From assembly GCA_015067525.1 (NCBI GenBank), contig SVMH01000001.1, forward strand, positions 16,959 through 80,958: a stretch of 64,000 nt of DNA, given 5' to 3'. This document shows, piece after piece, positions 1 through 10,259 of this stretch (position 1 is the first letter of the stretch; each line of letters starts with the position of its first letter). The translations under genes were made by a program, and so were the position numbers. This stretch comes from Oscillospiraceae bacterium (GTDB taxonomy: Bacteria > Bacillota > Clostridia > Oscillospirales > Oscillospiraceae). The notes beneath the pieces are model-generated. The model ran no database searches. It saw nothing but the letters and a program-made list of their open reading frames with translations, and had not been told where the DNA came from.

Positions 1-1
1 C

Positions 2-664
2 AAGCAGCCCAAGAGCAATCTGGCCTCCATGGGTATCTACATCTTCTCCTGGCAGAAGATGCGCGCCTACCTCATCGCCGACGAGAACGATGAGAACTCC
101 TCCAACGACTTCGGTAAGAACATCATTCCCAACATGCTCGCCGCCGGCGAGAAGATGGTGGCCTACCGCTTTGAAGGCTACTGGAAGGACGTGGGTACGC
201 TGGACTCCCTGTGGGACGCCAACATGGACATGCTGTCTCCCGCCAGCGGCCTGAACCTGCTGGATAAGGAATGGCCCATCTACGGCCGCACCCCCTCCTG
301 CCCGCCCGCCTTTGTGGGTGAGAAGTCCGACGTGGGCAACAGCGCCATCGCCAAGGGCTGCGTCATCGAGGGTGAAGTGAAGAACTCCGTCCTGTCCGTG
401 AATGTCACGGTGAAAGAGGGCGCACAGGTCAGCTACAGTGTGCTGATGCCCGGCGCCGTGGTGGAAGAGGGCGCCGTGGTGCAGTACGCCATTCTGGGCG
501 AGAACACCGTGGTGGCCATGGGCGCCCGTGTGGGCGCCGCTCCGGAAACGGCAGAGGATCCCGCTCAGTGGGGCATCGCCGTTCTGGGCCCCAACACCAA
601 GCTGGCTGAAAACGAAGTAGTTCCGGCAAAGACCATGCTGGATAAGACGCATCAGGGGGTGTAA
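2..664 (+). CDS. glgC: Glucose-1-phosphate adenylyltransferase large subunit (5' end lies outside the window)
   Basis: Open frame from base 2 ([15 protein letters not shown]), DFGKNIIP and YWKDVGT motifs, C-terminal hexapeptide repeats; followed by glgD. Confidence 0.95.
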   Translation, partial: KQPKSNLASMGIYIFSWQKMRAYLIADENDENSSNDFGKNIIPNMLAAGEKMVAYRFEGYWKDVGTLDSLWDANMDMLSPASGLNLLDKEWPIYGRTPSCPPAFVGEKSDVGNSAIAKGCVIEGEVKNSVLSVNVTVKEGAQVSYSVLMPGAVVEEGAVVQYAILGENTVVAMGARVGAAPETAEDPAQWGIAVLGPNTKLAENEVVPAKTMLDKTHQGV

Positions 665-666
665 GC

Positions 667-1782
667 ATGAAAGGAATGCACGGAATTATCTTCTCTTACG
701 AGAAAAAGACGGGCCTGCGGGAGCTGATCGAGCACCGCATCCACGGCTCGATCCCCATCGGCGGTGAGTACCGCGTGGTGGACTTCATGCTCAGCAATAT
801 GGTCAACGCCGGCATTCAGGACGTGGGCATCATCATGCAGGGCCGCTGCCAGAGCATGCTGGACCATCTGGGCAACGGCAAGAGTTGGGACCTGAGCCGC
901 AAGCACGGCGGTCTGACGCTGCTGCCCGCCTTCGCCTACGCCGAAAACCGCGGCGGCATCGGCAAGTTCCGCGGCAAGGTGGAAGCCCTCGGCTGCGTGC
1001 TGGACTATCTGGTGGAGGACATCCGTCAGGACTATGTGGTGCTGGCCGACAGCGATCTGATGATCAACATTCCCCTCGACGACGTGCTGCGTGACCACAT
1101 GGAATCCGGCGCCGACATGACCTGCGTGTGCACCTCCGTCCCCGGCGAGAGCAGCGACACCTACTTCAAGCTGGACGATACCGGCCGCATCATCGACACC
1201 GCCTACGATGTGTACGCACCCGAGGGATATCGCAGCCTGAATCTGTATATCCTGAGTAAGGATCTGCTGATCCGTCTGGTGCGCGACTGCATGGCTCACA
1301 ACCAGTACAGCTTCCGCCACAACATCCTGCAGGAGATGGGCGGCAAGCTGCAGCTGCGCGGCTATGTGTGGGATGGCTACGCCGCCCGCATCAGCACGGT
1401 GCAGAATTACTACGAGCGCAGCATGGAGCTGCTGCAAAGCGATATCCGCGCAGAACTGTTCTGCCCCGAGCGTCCCATCTACGCCAAGGAGAACGACGCC
1501 TGCTCTTCCTACATCGATCCCAGCGGCGAGTGTGTCAACTCCCTCATCGCCGACGGCTGCGACATTCAGGGCAGCGTGAAGAACAGCATCCTGTTCCGCG
1601 GCGTCAAGGTGGAGAAGGGCGCTGTGGTAGAGGGCTGCATCCTCTTCAAGAACACGGTGGTCAAGAAGGATGCCGTGCTGCGCTGCGTCATCGCCGATAA
1701 ATACGTCACCATCCACGAAGGCCGCCAGCTGATGGGCCATGAGCACTATCCTCTGGTGCTGGGCCGCGGCAGCGAGGTATAA
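667..1782 (+). CDS. glgD: ADP-glucose pyrophosphorylase regulatory subunit GlgD
   Basis: SIPIGGEYRVVDFMLSNMVNAGI and DHLGNGKSWDLSRKHGGL; directly after glgC. Confidence 0.93.
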   Translation: MKGMHGIIFSYEKKTGLRELIEHRIHGSIPIGGEYRVVDFMLSNMVNAGIQDVGIIMQGRCQSMLDHLGNGKSWDLSRKHGGLTLLPAFAYAENRGGIGKFRGKVEALGCVLDYLVEDIRQDYVVLADSDLMINIPLDDVLRDHMESGADMTCVCTSVPGESSDTYFKLDDTGRIIDTAYDVYAPEGYRSLNLYILSKDLLIRLVRDCMAHNQYSFRHNILQEMGGKLQLRGYVWDGYAARISTVQNYYERSMELLQSDIRAELFCPERPIYAKENDACSSYIDPSGECVNSLIADGCDIQGSVKNSILFRGVKVEKGAVVEGCILFKNTVVKKDAVLRCVIADKYVTIHEGRQLMGHEHYPLVLGRGSEV

Positions 1783-1851
1783 AGGGAACTCCCGGCAAAG
1801 AAACTCCGTTTTTTTCGCCGCCTCGCGGCAAAGTGTGTGATACTTTGACGA

Positions 1852-1890
1852 GAAAAGCAACGGAGAGGCCGCCCCTCTCCGTTGTTTTTC
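1852..1890 (+). terminator. Intrinsic-terminator-like hairpin between glgD and glgA
   Basis: GAAAAGCAACGGAGAGG-ccgc-CCCTCTCCGTTGTTTTTC. Confidence 0.6.
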
Positions 1891-1906
1891 ATAATCTTTG
1901 CATTTC

Positions 1907-1918
1907 GGAAACGTTTCC
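1907..1918. promoter_or_regulatory. Perfect palindrome GGAAACGTTTCC, a LacI/CcpA(cre)-type operator candidate upstream of glgA
   Basis: 12-bp palindrome with central CG; an 11/12 match occurs at 26521-26532. Confidence 0.5.
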
Positions 1919-1983
1919 TGTTGCAAAATTAAGCCAAATATGAGAAAATATAAACGTTCGAGCCTGTGAAAGGAGTTAAGCAT

Positions 1984-3417
1984 ATGAAGATCCTGTATGT
2001 GACCAGCGAAGCATCCCCCTTCTGCAAGACCGGCGGCCTCGCCGACGTGGCCGGCAGTCTGCCTCCCGCCCTCGCCGCCAATGGGGACGATGTGGCGGTG
2101 ATCCTGCCTCTGTACGACCAGATCAGTCTGGACTGGAAGGAGCAGATGACCTTCCGCGGCAATATCTATGTGGATCTGGCGTGGCGCCATGAGTACTGCG
2201 GCCTGTTCTCTCTGGAGTACAAGGGCGTGATGTGGTACTTTGTGGACAACGAGCGGTATTTCCGCCGCGGCCAGCTGTACGGCGAGTATGATGACGGCGA
2301 GCGTTTTGCCTTCTTCAGCCGCGCCGTGGTGAGCTTGCTGCCCCAACTGGACTGGATGCCCGATGTGGTGCACTGCAACGACTGGCAGAGCGCGCTGGTG
2401 CCCATCTATATCAAGGATGAGTCCGTGCGCCGCGAGGATGTGCGCGGTATCCGCACCATGCTGACCATTCACAATATTGAATATCAGGGCCAATTCAGCG
2501 AAAGCTCTGTATGTGACCTGTTTGGTCTGGACTTCGGCTGGTATGCCGACGGTACGCTGGAGATGAACGGCTGCGTGAACCTGCTGAAGGGCGCCATGCT
2601 GTGCGCCGATAGCGTCACCACCGTCAGCCCCACCTATGCCAAGCAGCTGCACTACAGCTTCTATGCTCACGGTCTGGAGAACATCGTGGACATGATCGGC
2701 GATAAGATGGAAGGCGTGCTCAACGGCCTGGATGTGGAGGGCTTCGACCCCGCTACCGATAAGGCCATCGCCTGCAACTACACCGCCGACAATACTGCCG
2801 GCAAGGTGGCCTGCAAGGCGGAGCTGCAGCGTCAGCTGGGCCTCAATCAGGATTCCAGCGTGCCGGTCATGGCCATTGTCAGCCGTCTGGTGAGCCACAA
2901 GGGCGTGGACCTTATCTGTCAGGTGCTGGACGGCATGATGGACACCGGCATGCAGCTGGTGGTGCTGGGCAAGGGCGACGTGGGCTACGAGAACTTCTTC
3001 CGCGCCGCACAGGAGCGCTATCCCGGCCGTGTCAGCGCCCAGATCGCCTATTCCGACAAGCTGTCGCGCCAGATCTATTCCGGCGCCGACCTCTTCCTGA
3101 TGCCCTCCAAGAGCGAGCCCTGCGGCCTGTCGCAGATGATCGCCATGCGCTACGGCACGGTGCCCATCGTGCGCGAGACCGGCGGTCTGGCCGACACGGT
3201 GCGCTCGTGCCAGGCAGGGCAGAAGAACGGCAACGGCTTTACCTTTGCCAACTACAACGAGTATGACATGCTCTATGCCATCGGCCAGGCTGTGGCCATG
3301 TACCGCGACAACCGCAAGACGTTTGCCGCCGTACAGAAGAACGGCATGACCGATGATTTCAGCTGGGGCGCCAGCGCACGTTCCTATCGGAACATCTACG
3401 CCAGTATCGTGGGGTAA
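1984..3417 (+). CDS. glgA: Glycogen synthase
   Basis: MKILYVTSEASPFCKTGGLADV (KTGG), HCNDWQ, EPCGLSQM; AGGAG RBS upstream of the ATG at 1984. Confidence 0.96.
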   Translation: MKILYVTSEASPFCKTGGLADVAGSLPPALAANGDDVAVILPLYDQISLDWKEQMTFRGNIYVDLAWRHEYCGLFSLEYKGVMWYFVDNERYFRRGQLYGEYDDGERFAFFSRAVVSLLPQLDWMPDVVHCNDWQSALVPIYIKDESVRREDVRGIRTMLTIHNIEYQGQFSESSVCDLFGLDFGWYADGTLEMNGCVNLLKGAMLCADSVTTVSPTYAKQLHYSFYAHGLENIVDMIGDKMEGVLNGLDVEGFDPATDKAIACNYTADNTAGKVACKAELQRQLGLNQDSSVPVMAIVSRLVSHKGVDLICQVLDGMMDTGMQLVVLGKGDVGYENFFRAAQERYPGRVSAQIAYSDKLSRQIYSGADLFLMPSKSEPCGLSQMIAMRYGTVPIVRETGGLADTVRSCQAGQKNGNGFTFANYNEYDMLYAIGQAVAMYRDNRKTFAAVQKNGMTDDFSWGASARSYRNIYASIVG

Positions 3418-3448
3418 AAGCGAACCCCCATTATTCACGGAGGAACCT

Positions 3449-5872
3449 ATGACCTATCACAAAGAAGCACTGAAAGAAGCCATCGTCCGCAAGCTGCGGC
3501 TCAACTACGGCTGTACCGAGCTGCAGGCCAACGACGGTGAGATGATGAAGGCCTGCGCCATGGTGCTGCGCGATATCATGGCCGAACGCGGCGTCCAGAG
3601 CAGAATGGATACCATCCGGCAGGAAAAGCGGAAGGTCCACTACATGTCTCTGGAATTCCTGATGGGCCGGAGCCTGATGAAGAACGCCTACAATCTGGGC
3701 GTGCTGGAGCCTCTGCGCGAGGCCATCGACGAGCTGGGCTTCAAGGCCGCCGATATCTTCGACATGGAGCCCGATGCGGGCCTCGGCAATGGCGGTCTGG
3801 GCCGTCTGGCCGCCTGCTATCTGGACAGCATGACCACGCTGGACATTCCCGCCACCGGCTATTCCATCTGCTATGAGCTGGGTATCTTCAAGCAGAAGAT
3901 CGTGGAAGGCCAGCAGGTGGAGCTGCCTGACGACTGGCAGACCCTGGGCGACGCATGGCTGATGCCCAAGCCGCAGGAGGCCGAGGAAGTCCACTTCGGC
4001 GGTAAGATCCGCTCTTACTGGGACAACGGCCACCACATGGTGGTGCACGAGGACTATACCCGCGTGCTGGCCATCCCCTGCGACATGGAAGTGGCCGGCT
4101 ACGGCACCGAGCACGTCAACACCCTGCGCCTGTGGGACGCCAAGAGCCCCAAGCCCATCGACATGCAGCTGTTCCGTCAGGGTCAGTATCTGCGCTCCGG
4201 TGAGGAGCAGGCCATGGCCGACGTGATCTCCAAGATCCTCTATCCCGAGGACAATCACTATGAGGGTAAGTCCCTGCGCCTCAAGCAGCAGTACTTCTTT
4301 GTTTCCGCCACCGTGCAGTCCATCACCCGTCAGCACATTCAGGTGTACGGCACGCTGAAGAATTTCCACGAGAAGAACGTCATTCAGATCAACGACACCC
4401 ACCCCGCGCTGGTGGTGCCCGAGCTGATGCGCATCCTCATTGACGACGCCGGTCTCAACTGGGAAGAGGCGTGGCACATCACCACCAACTCCGTGGCCTA
4501 CACCAACCACACCGTGCTGGCTGAGGCGCTGGAGTGCTGGCCCCAGAAGCTGATGGAGGAGCTGCTGCCCCGCGTGTGGCAGATCATTCAGGAGATCTCC
4601 AAGCGCTGGCAGAACCGGGTGGAGAGCTACTACAACGGCGACATGTCCAAGGTGGAGAAGATGGCCATCATCTGGGACGGCAGCGTCCACATGGCCAACC
4701 TCTGCATCGCCGGCGGCACCGCCGTCAACGGCGTCAGCGCCCTGCACAGCGACATCCTGCGCCACGATGTGTTCCGCGACGCCTGCACCATGGAGCCGGA
4801 TAAGTTCAAGAACGTGACCAACGGCATCGACCACCGCCGCTGGCTCAGCCAGATCAACCCCGGCCTTGACAGCCTGATCCGGGAACTGACCGGCGGTGAC
4901 GATTACCTCACCGTGCCCCAGACCCTGCGCAAGCTGGAGGCCTATGCCGATGACGCCGCCGTGCTGGCCCGTCTGGAGACCATCAAGGCCGAGAACAAGA
5001 AGGCCTTTGCCAAGTTCGCCAAGCGCCAGCAGGGTGCGGTGCTCAACACCGACGCTATCTTCGACGTGCAGGTCAAGCGCCTGCACGAGTACAAGCGCCA
5101 GCTCCTCAACGTGCTGCACATCATCTCCCTGTACCTGCAGCTGAAGGATAACCCCGACATGGAGATGGTGCCTCAGACCTTCCTTTTCGGTGCCAAGGCC
5201 GCTCCCGGCTACGCCGTGGCCAAGCGCATCATCCAGCTCATCAACTCTCTGGCCGATGAGGTGAACAGCAACCCCATCTGCAAGGATAAGCTGCAGGTGG
5301 TGTTTCTGGAGAACTACCGCGTGTCCATGGCCGAAGTGCTGATGCCCGCCAGCGAGGTGAGCCAGCAGATCTCCACCGCCGGCAAGGAAGCCAGCGGTAC
5401 CGGCAACATGAAGTTCATGATGAACGGCGCCCTGACCGTTGGCACGCTGGACGGCGCCAACGTGGAGATGCACGAGATGCTGGGTGACGAGAACATCTTC
5501 CTCTTCGGCTTGACGGCGGACGAGGTGGCCCGTCTGGTGCCCTCCTACGATCCCATGATGTTCTATAACCGCGACAGCATGCTGCGCCGCGTGCTGGAGC
5601 AGATCAAGCGCGGCTTCCGCGACGGCAAGACCTACGAGGATCTGTACCAGCGCCTGCTGTACGGCGTCGGCTGCCCCGCCGACCAGTACCTGCTGCTGGC
5701 CGACTTCGGCTCCTACTGCGCCGCCGAGCAGCGCATGGCCGCCACCTACCGCGACCGTACCAAGTGGAACCGTATGAGCCTCATCAACGTGGCCCGCAGC
5801 GGCATCTTTGCCGCCGACCGTTCCATTGCCGAGTACGCCGAGAACATCTGGCACGTGCCTTATAAGAAGTAA
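3449..5872 (+). CDS. glgP: Glycogen/maltodextrin phosphorylase
   Basis: GLGNGGLGRLAAC, QINDTHP, KRLHEYKRQ and the PLP motif EASGTGNMKFM; GGAGG RBS before the ATG at 3449. Confidence 0.96.
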   Translation: MTYHKEALKEAIVRKLRLNYGCTELQANDGEMMKACAMVLRDIMAERGVQSRMDTIRQEKRKVHYMSLEFLMGRSLMKNAYNLGVLEPLREAIDELGFKAADIFDMEPDAGLGNGGLGRLAACYLDSMTTLDIPATGYSICYELGIFKQKIVEGQQVELPDDWQTLGDAWLMPKPQEAEEVHFGGKIRSYWDNGHHMVVHEDYTRVLAIPCDMEVAGYGTEHVNTLRLWDAKSPKPIDMQLFRQGQYLRSGEEQAMADVISKILYPEDNHYEGKSLRLKQQYFFVSATVQSITRQHIQVYGTLKNFHEKNVIQINDTHPALVVPELMRILIDDAGLNWEEAWHITTNSVAYTNHTVLAEALECWPQKLMEELLPRVWQIIQEISKRWQNRVESYYNGDMSKVEKMAIIWDGSVHMANLCIAGGTAVNGVSALHSDILRHDVFRDACTMEPDKFKNVTNGIDHRRWLSQINPGLDSLIRELTGGDDYLTVPQTLRKLEAYADDAAVLARLETIKAENKKAFAKFAKRQQGAVLNTDAIFDVQVKRLHEYKRQLLNVLHIISLYLQLKDNPDMEMVPQTFLFGAKAAPGYAVAKRIIQLINSLADEVNSNPICKDKLQVVFLENYRVSMAEVLMPASEVSQQISTAGKEASGTGNMKFMMNGALTVGTLDGANVEMHEMLGDENIFLFGLTADEVARLVPSYDPMMFYNRDSMLRRVLEQIKRGFRDGKTYEDLYQRLLYGVGCPADQYLLLADFGSYCAAEQRMAATYRDRTKWNRMSLINVARSGIFAADRSIAEYAENIWHVPYKK

Positions 5873-5880
5873 AAAGCAGA

Positions 5881-5916
5881 AAAGTCCTTCGGAGACCGCC
5901 TCCGGAGGATTTTTTT
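5881..5916 (+). terminator. Terminator after glgP
   Basis: AAAGTCCTTCGGAG-accgc-CTCCGGAGGATTTTTTT. Confidence 0.7.
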
Positions 5917-5977
5917 GTATCTTGACAGGTGTGGTATAATGTTATCTGTCAAACTATGCAAAAGAATGAGGAATACT

Positions 5978-7144
5978 ATGACTGAATTTACACAGGGCGC
6001 GCCCTTCGATACCTTTGGCCTGTCGGAGGCTACGCTGCGCGCCGTTCGCAATAAGGGATATGAGATTTCCACCCCCGTGCAGGCCGGCTGCATCCCGCCC
6101 ATGATGGAGGGCAAGGACGTGATCGCCAAGGCGCCTACCGGCACCGGCAAGACCATGGCCTTCGGCATCCCCATCATTGAGCGCATCGACCCCGAGAGCG
6201 AGGCGGTGCAGGCGGTGATCCTGGCGCCCACCCGCGAGCTGGCCATGCAGATCACCGACGAGATGCGGGAAGTGGCCGTGTGCCACGAGGGCGTGCGTCT
6301 GGTGTGCCTGTATGGCGGCCAGCCCATCGGCAAGCAGATCAATGCCCTCAAGCGCAAGCCCCAGATCGTGGTGGCTACCCCCGGCCGCCTCAGCGACCAT
6401 ATGAAGCGCCGCACCGTCACCATGGGCAGCGTGAAGACGGTGGTGCTGGACGAGGCCGACCGCATGCTGGACATGGGATTCATCCACGATGTGACCCGTA
6501 TCCTGGATAAGATTCCCCACCGGGAGAATCTGGGCATGTTCAGCGCCACCATTTCCCGGGAAGTGATGGACATTTCCTGGGTCTATCAGCGCGACCCCGA
6601 GGAGATCATGGTGCAGGCCACCAAGGAGAATAAGCCCGACATCCTGCAGTACCGCATCGAGGTGGACGCCGAGAAGAAGGTGGAGACCATCGTGCGCATT
6701 CTGGAAGGTGAGCAGCTGGAGCGGGTGATCGTGTTCTGCAACACCAAGGGTTCCACCCAGCGCCTGACCAAGTTTCTGGAGCTGCGGGGCATCGACGTGG
6801 ACTGCATCCACGGCGACATTCCCCAGAAGAAGCGCGAGGCCGTCATGGCCAAGTTCCGCGAGGGTGGTCTCCGCGTTTTCGTGGCTACCGACGTGGCCAG
6901 CCGCGGCATCGACGTGGACGATGTGGACGCTGTGTTCAACTTCGAAGTGCCGGAGGAGAACGAGTACTACGTCCACCGCATCGGCCGCACGGGTCGTGCC
7001 AAGCGCCACGGCGTGGCCTATACGCTGCTGTCCGATTTTCCCTCCCGCATGCGATTGAACGATATCGAGCGCAACACCCGCAATCAGATCATTCCCGCCC
7101 AACTGACGGAGGATGGCCATGTGGTAGCGGTGGAGAAAAAGTGA
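5978..7144 (+). CDS. DEAD-box RNA helicase (core only, short C-terminus)
   Basis: Q motif, APTGTGKT, PTRELA, TPGRL, DEAD, SAT, HRIGRTGRA; extended -10 TGGTATAAT at 5932-5940. Confidence 0.95.
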   Translation: MTEFTQGAPFDTFGLSEATLRAVRNKGYEISTPVQAGCIPPMMEGKDVIAKAPTGTGKTMAFGIPIIERIDPESEAVQAVILAPTRELAMQITDEMREVAVCHEGVRLVCLYGGQPIGKQINALKRKPQIVVATPGRLSDHMKRRTVTMGSVKTVVLDEADRMLDMGFIHDVTRILDKIPHRENLGMFSATISREVMDISWVYQRDPEEIMVQATKENKPDILQYRIEVDAEKKVETIVRILEGEQLERVIVFCNTKGSTQRLTKFLELRGIDVDCIHGDIPQKKREAVMAKFREGGLRVFVATDVASRGIDVDDVDAVFNFEVPEENEYYVHRIGRTGRAKRHGVAYTLLSDFPSRMRLNDIERNTRNQIIPAQLTEDGHVVAVEKK

Positions 7145-7172
7145 GGCAAACCCCGGAAAAAGGAGTTTTTCA

Positions 7173-8744
7173 ATGAAAAAGATGCAACGAATGCTGGCGG
7201 CATTTCTGACGCTGGTGCTGGTGCTGTCCCTGACCGCCTGCGGCAGTGCGCTGGAGTCTCTGGCGCTGACGGTCAGCCTGCCGCAGGAGCTGACCACGCT
7301 GGATCCTGCCATGGCCACCACCGCCACGGAGAAGACCGTGGTGAACCACCTCTATGAAAACCTGATGAAACTGACGGCGGACGCCGAGGGCAATGTGCAG
7401 CTCAGCAACGGCGTGGCCAGCCACTATCAGTATGAGAACAATCCCGACGGCACCCAGACGTGGACGTTTTCCCTGCGCGGCAACGCCGTGTGGGCAGACG
7501 GCAGACAGGTGACGGCCGACGATTTTGTCTACGCATGGCGCCGTCTGGCCGATCCCGCCACCGATTCGCCCAACGCCTACGTGCTGGACATGGTGGCCGG
7601 TTACACCGAGGCCCGCAAGAGCGGCGATATGACCAAGCTCCAGGTGTCTGCCGCAGACCGGTACACGCTGGTGGTGGTTTTGAGCGGCAACTGCCTGCAG
7701 TTCCTGCAGCAGGTGTGCGCGGAGACGGCCACCATGCCGGTGCGTGAGGATGCCGCGGCAGTGGAGAACTGGTCCATGGCGGCCTCTACGCTGCTGACCA
7801 ACGGCGCTTACTGCCATGTAGAGAGCTGGGAGAACGGCGTGCTGACCGTTACCAGCGATGAAGAATACTACGATGCCCGCCGTCTGGGCCCCCGGCGCCT
7901 GAGTTTCACCTTTGGTGCGGCGTCGGCGGATGCCGATTTCGTGCTGACCCACGAGGGCGTGGAGGAGGCCGAGGGCTGGAATCTGGGTTCTCTGCCCTAT
8001 ACCGGCACGCTGGTCATCAACCAGATGAGCACCATCTCGCAGGAGATGCGTCAGGCCTTGAGCATGGTGATCGACCGCCAGCAGATCTCCGACCTGCTGG
8101 GCAGCGTCTATGAGCCGGCGGACGGCCTGATCCCGAGCGGCGTGCGCAGCACGCAGGGCGGTGTCTTCCGCGACGGCGGCGCGCTGATCGACACTGACCC
8201 CGAGCAGTATGAGGCCCGCTGTGAGGCGGCCCGCGCCCTGCTCCGCGGCCAGACCATGCCGGAAGAGGGCAACGTGTCGCTGGCCTATGTGTCCGACGGC
8301 GCCACCGATCAGGTGGCCAAGGCGCTGCAGCAGACATGGCGCAAGGAACTGGGCGTGAACGTGACGCTGCAGTCCATGGAACTGGAGGAGATGAACGACA
8401 GCCTGCGCAAGGGCGACTTCACCATGGCTCTTGTGATGCTGAGCTGCCGGCGCAGCGACGCGGTGTATATGCTGGAGGATTGGACCAGCGGCGCTGCGGG
8501 CAACTACGCCAACATCCACAGTGAGGCCTATGACCTGCTGATCCGCATCTCTCATGCCTCTTCCAGCGTGGAGGCCCGTGACGCCTATCTGGAGGACGCG
8601 GAGCGCCTGCTGTTGGAGAGCGGCTACGTGGTGCCTGTGTGCCACATGACCGACGGCTGGAAGCTGAACGAGACGCTGCAGGGCGTGTTCGGTGACGGAC
8701 TGGGTCAGTACTACTTCCACAGCGTGAAAAAGGTGGAAAAATAA
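7173..8744 (+). CDS. Peptide ABC transporter substrate-binding lipoprotein (OppA-like, family 5), orphan
   Basis: Lipobox LTAC, TLDPA, WTFSLRGNAVWADGRQVTADDFVYAWRRLADP; no permease or ATPase adjacent. Confidence 0.85.
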   Translation: MKKMQRMLAAFLTLVLVLSLTACGSALESLALTVSLPQELTTLDPAMATTATEKTVVNHLYENLMKLTADAEGNVQLSNGVASHYQYENNPDGTQTWTFSLRGNAVWADGRQVTADDFVYAWRRLADPATDSPNAYVLDMVAGYTEARKSGDMTKLQVSAADRYTLVVVLSGNCLQFLQQVCAETATMPVREDAAAVENWSMAASTLLTNGAYCHVESWENGVLTVTSDEEYYDARRLGPRRLSFTFGAASADADFVLTHEGVEEAEGWNLGSLPYTGTLVINQMSTISQEMRQALSMVIDRQQISDLLGSVYEPADGLIPSGVRSTQGGVFRDGGALIDTDPEQYEARCEAARALLRGQTMPEEGNVSLAYVSDGATDQVAKALQQTWRKELGVNVTLQSMELEEMNDSLRKGDFTMALVMLSCRRSDAVYMLEDWTSGAAGNYANIHSEAYDLLIRISHASSSVEARDAYLEDAERLLLESGYVVPVCHMTDGWKLNETLQGVFGDGLGQYYFHSVKKVEK

Positions 8745-8746
8745 GC

Positions 8747-8786
8747 AAAAAAAAGAGCGCCGTGCACTGCACGGCGTTCTTTTTTT
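8747..8786. terminator. Bidirectional terminator
   Basis: A8-GAGCGCCGTGCA-c-TGCACGGCGTTC-T7, between convergent genes. Confidence 0.8.
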
Positions 8787-8790
8787 ATTC

Positions 8791-10056
8791 TCAGATGCGC
8801 TTGGCGCTGTCCACCACCACAGCGCGGGCCCGCAGGAGCTTGATGTCGTGGCTCAGGCGGGAAGGGGGGAGTTGCTGGCGGATCTGCTGCAGGCTCATGC
8901 CATACATGGAGCTCAGTTCCTCGTACTTGGCCTGCACCTCTTCTTCAGTGACGGTGATGCCCTCCAGACGGACGATCTCCATCATGGCCAGCTCATAGCG
9001 GGCGGCCATCTCGGCGTTGGCGCGGGCATGGGCGCGCAGCTGCTCCATGGTCAGCTGGGCGGCCTCCAGATAGTCCTTGAGCTGCATACCCTGACTCATG
9101 ACGGTGCGCTCCAGCTCCTCCATGAGGCCCTGCAGCTGGCTCTCCACCATGGACTCGGGCACGGTGACGGTCATGTTGGCCATGACCTGATCCAGCAGGT
9201 TCTGGGTAAAGGCGTCCATGGCCTGGTTCTGCTTGGCGTGGATGGCGGTCTCCATCACCTGACGGCGCAGGGCGGAGAGATCTTCAAAGCCCTGCTCTCT
9301 GGCGAAAGCGTCGTTGAGCTCGGGCAGGGCGTGGCGGGTGATCTTATGGGCCTTGACCTTGAATACGGCGTCCTTACCGGCCAGCTCCGGCACATAGGCC
9401 TGGGGGAAGGTGACGTGCACATCCCGCTCCTCGCCCACGCGGATGCCGGCCACCTGCTCTTCAAAGCCGGGGATGAACATGCCGCTGCCCAGCACCAGCG
9501 GGAAGCTTTCACCCTTGCCGCCTTCAAATGCCTCGCCGTCCACGAAGCCCTCGAAGTCCAGCGTCACCTCGTCGCCCATGGCGGCGCGGTCCACCTCGGT
9601 CTGCACCACGTGGGCGCGGCAGTACTCCTGCAGGGCGGCTTCCACATCGTCGTTGCTCAGCTCCACCTGCTCAAAAGGCGCGCTCAGACCCTTGTACTGG
9701 CCCAGCGTCACCTCGGGATACAGGTCTACCAGCGCGGCGAAGCTGTAGCCGTCGGGGCCGATCTCGGCCACGGACAGGGTGGGCGTGCCGGCGATCTCCA
9801 GCTGCTGCTGGCTCAGCGCCTCCACAAGGGCCGTGGGGAAGGTGAGGTTCACAGCCTCCTGATACAGGATGTCGGGGGCGTAGGCGGCCTCCAGTGCGTC
9901 ACGGGGGGCGGTTCCGGGGGCGTAGCCCTCTACGGGATAGTAGGCGTGGTTCTCGCGGTAAGCGTCGGCAAGGGCCTGATGCCAGCTGGCGGTGTCAATG
10001 GCGATGGTCAGCTTGACCTGACGGTTGGGCAGGTCTTCGCGGTGGGTAACGGTCAT
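8791..10056 (-). CDS. tig: Trigger factor (divergent paralog)
   Basis: FKBP domain GDEVTLDFEGFVDGEAFEGG...FIPGFEEQVAG and a C-terminal TF domain; AAGGAG RBS; ribosome-binding signature degenerate. Confidence 0.88.
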   Translation of the reverse strand: MTVTHREDLPNRQVKLTIAIDTASWHQALADAYRENHAYYPVEGYAPGTAPRDALEAAYAPDILYQEAVNLTFPTALVEALSQQQLEIAGTPTLSVAEIGPDGYSFAALVDLYPEVTLGQYKGLSAPFEQVELSNDDVEAALQEYCRAHVVQTEVDRAAMGDEVTLDFEGFVDGEAFEGGKGESFPLVLGSGMFIPGFEEQVAGIRVGEERDVHVTFPQAYVPELAGKDAVFKVKAHKITRHALPELNDAFAREQGFEDLSALRRQVMETAIHAKQNQAMDAFTQNLLDQVMANMTVTVPESMVESQLQGLMEELERTVMSQGMQLKDYLEAAQLTMEQLRAHARANAEMAARYELAMMEIVRLEGITVTEEEVQAKYEELSSMYGMSLQQIRQQLPPSRLSHDIKLLRARAVVVDSAKRI

Positions 10057-10228
10057 GGTGGTTCTCCTTTGTCGGTTAATTGAATCCAGTATAATACAAA
10101 ACGCGCCGTTTCGCAACGAGGGGCGAAAAAATTGTAAAATTATTGTGACACACTACCATTTGCCCCACATGTGTGCTAAAATAAGACTGTCGTGGCAGCG
10201 GTTTCCTCCGTCCGCACTTTTTTCCTTG

Positions 10229-10244
10229 TGCGGCAAATGCCACA
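10229..10244. promoter_or_regulatory. Crp/Fnr-type palindromic site TGCGGC-N4-GCCACA (possible autoregulation)
   Basis: 16-bp imperfect palindrome immediately upstream of the Crp/Fnr gene RBS. Confidence 0.45.
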
Positions 10245-10259
10245 GAAAGGGGACACATC

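Noticed and set aside
5922-5940. Perfect TTGACA and TATAAT hexamers upstream of the helicase
   Set aside because: They are only 7 bp apart and cannot form one sigmaA promoter; only the extended -10 is credited.
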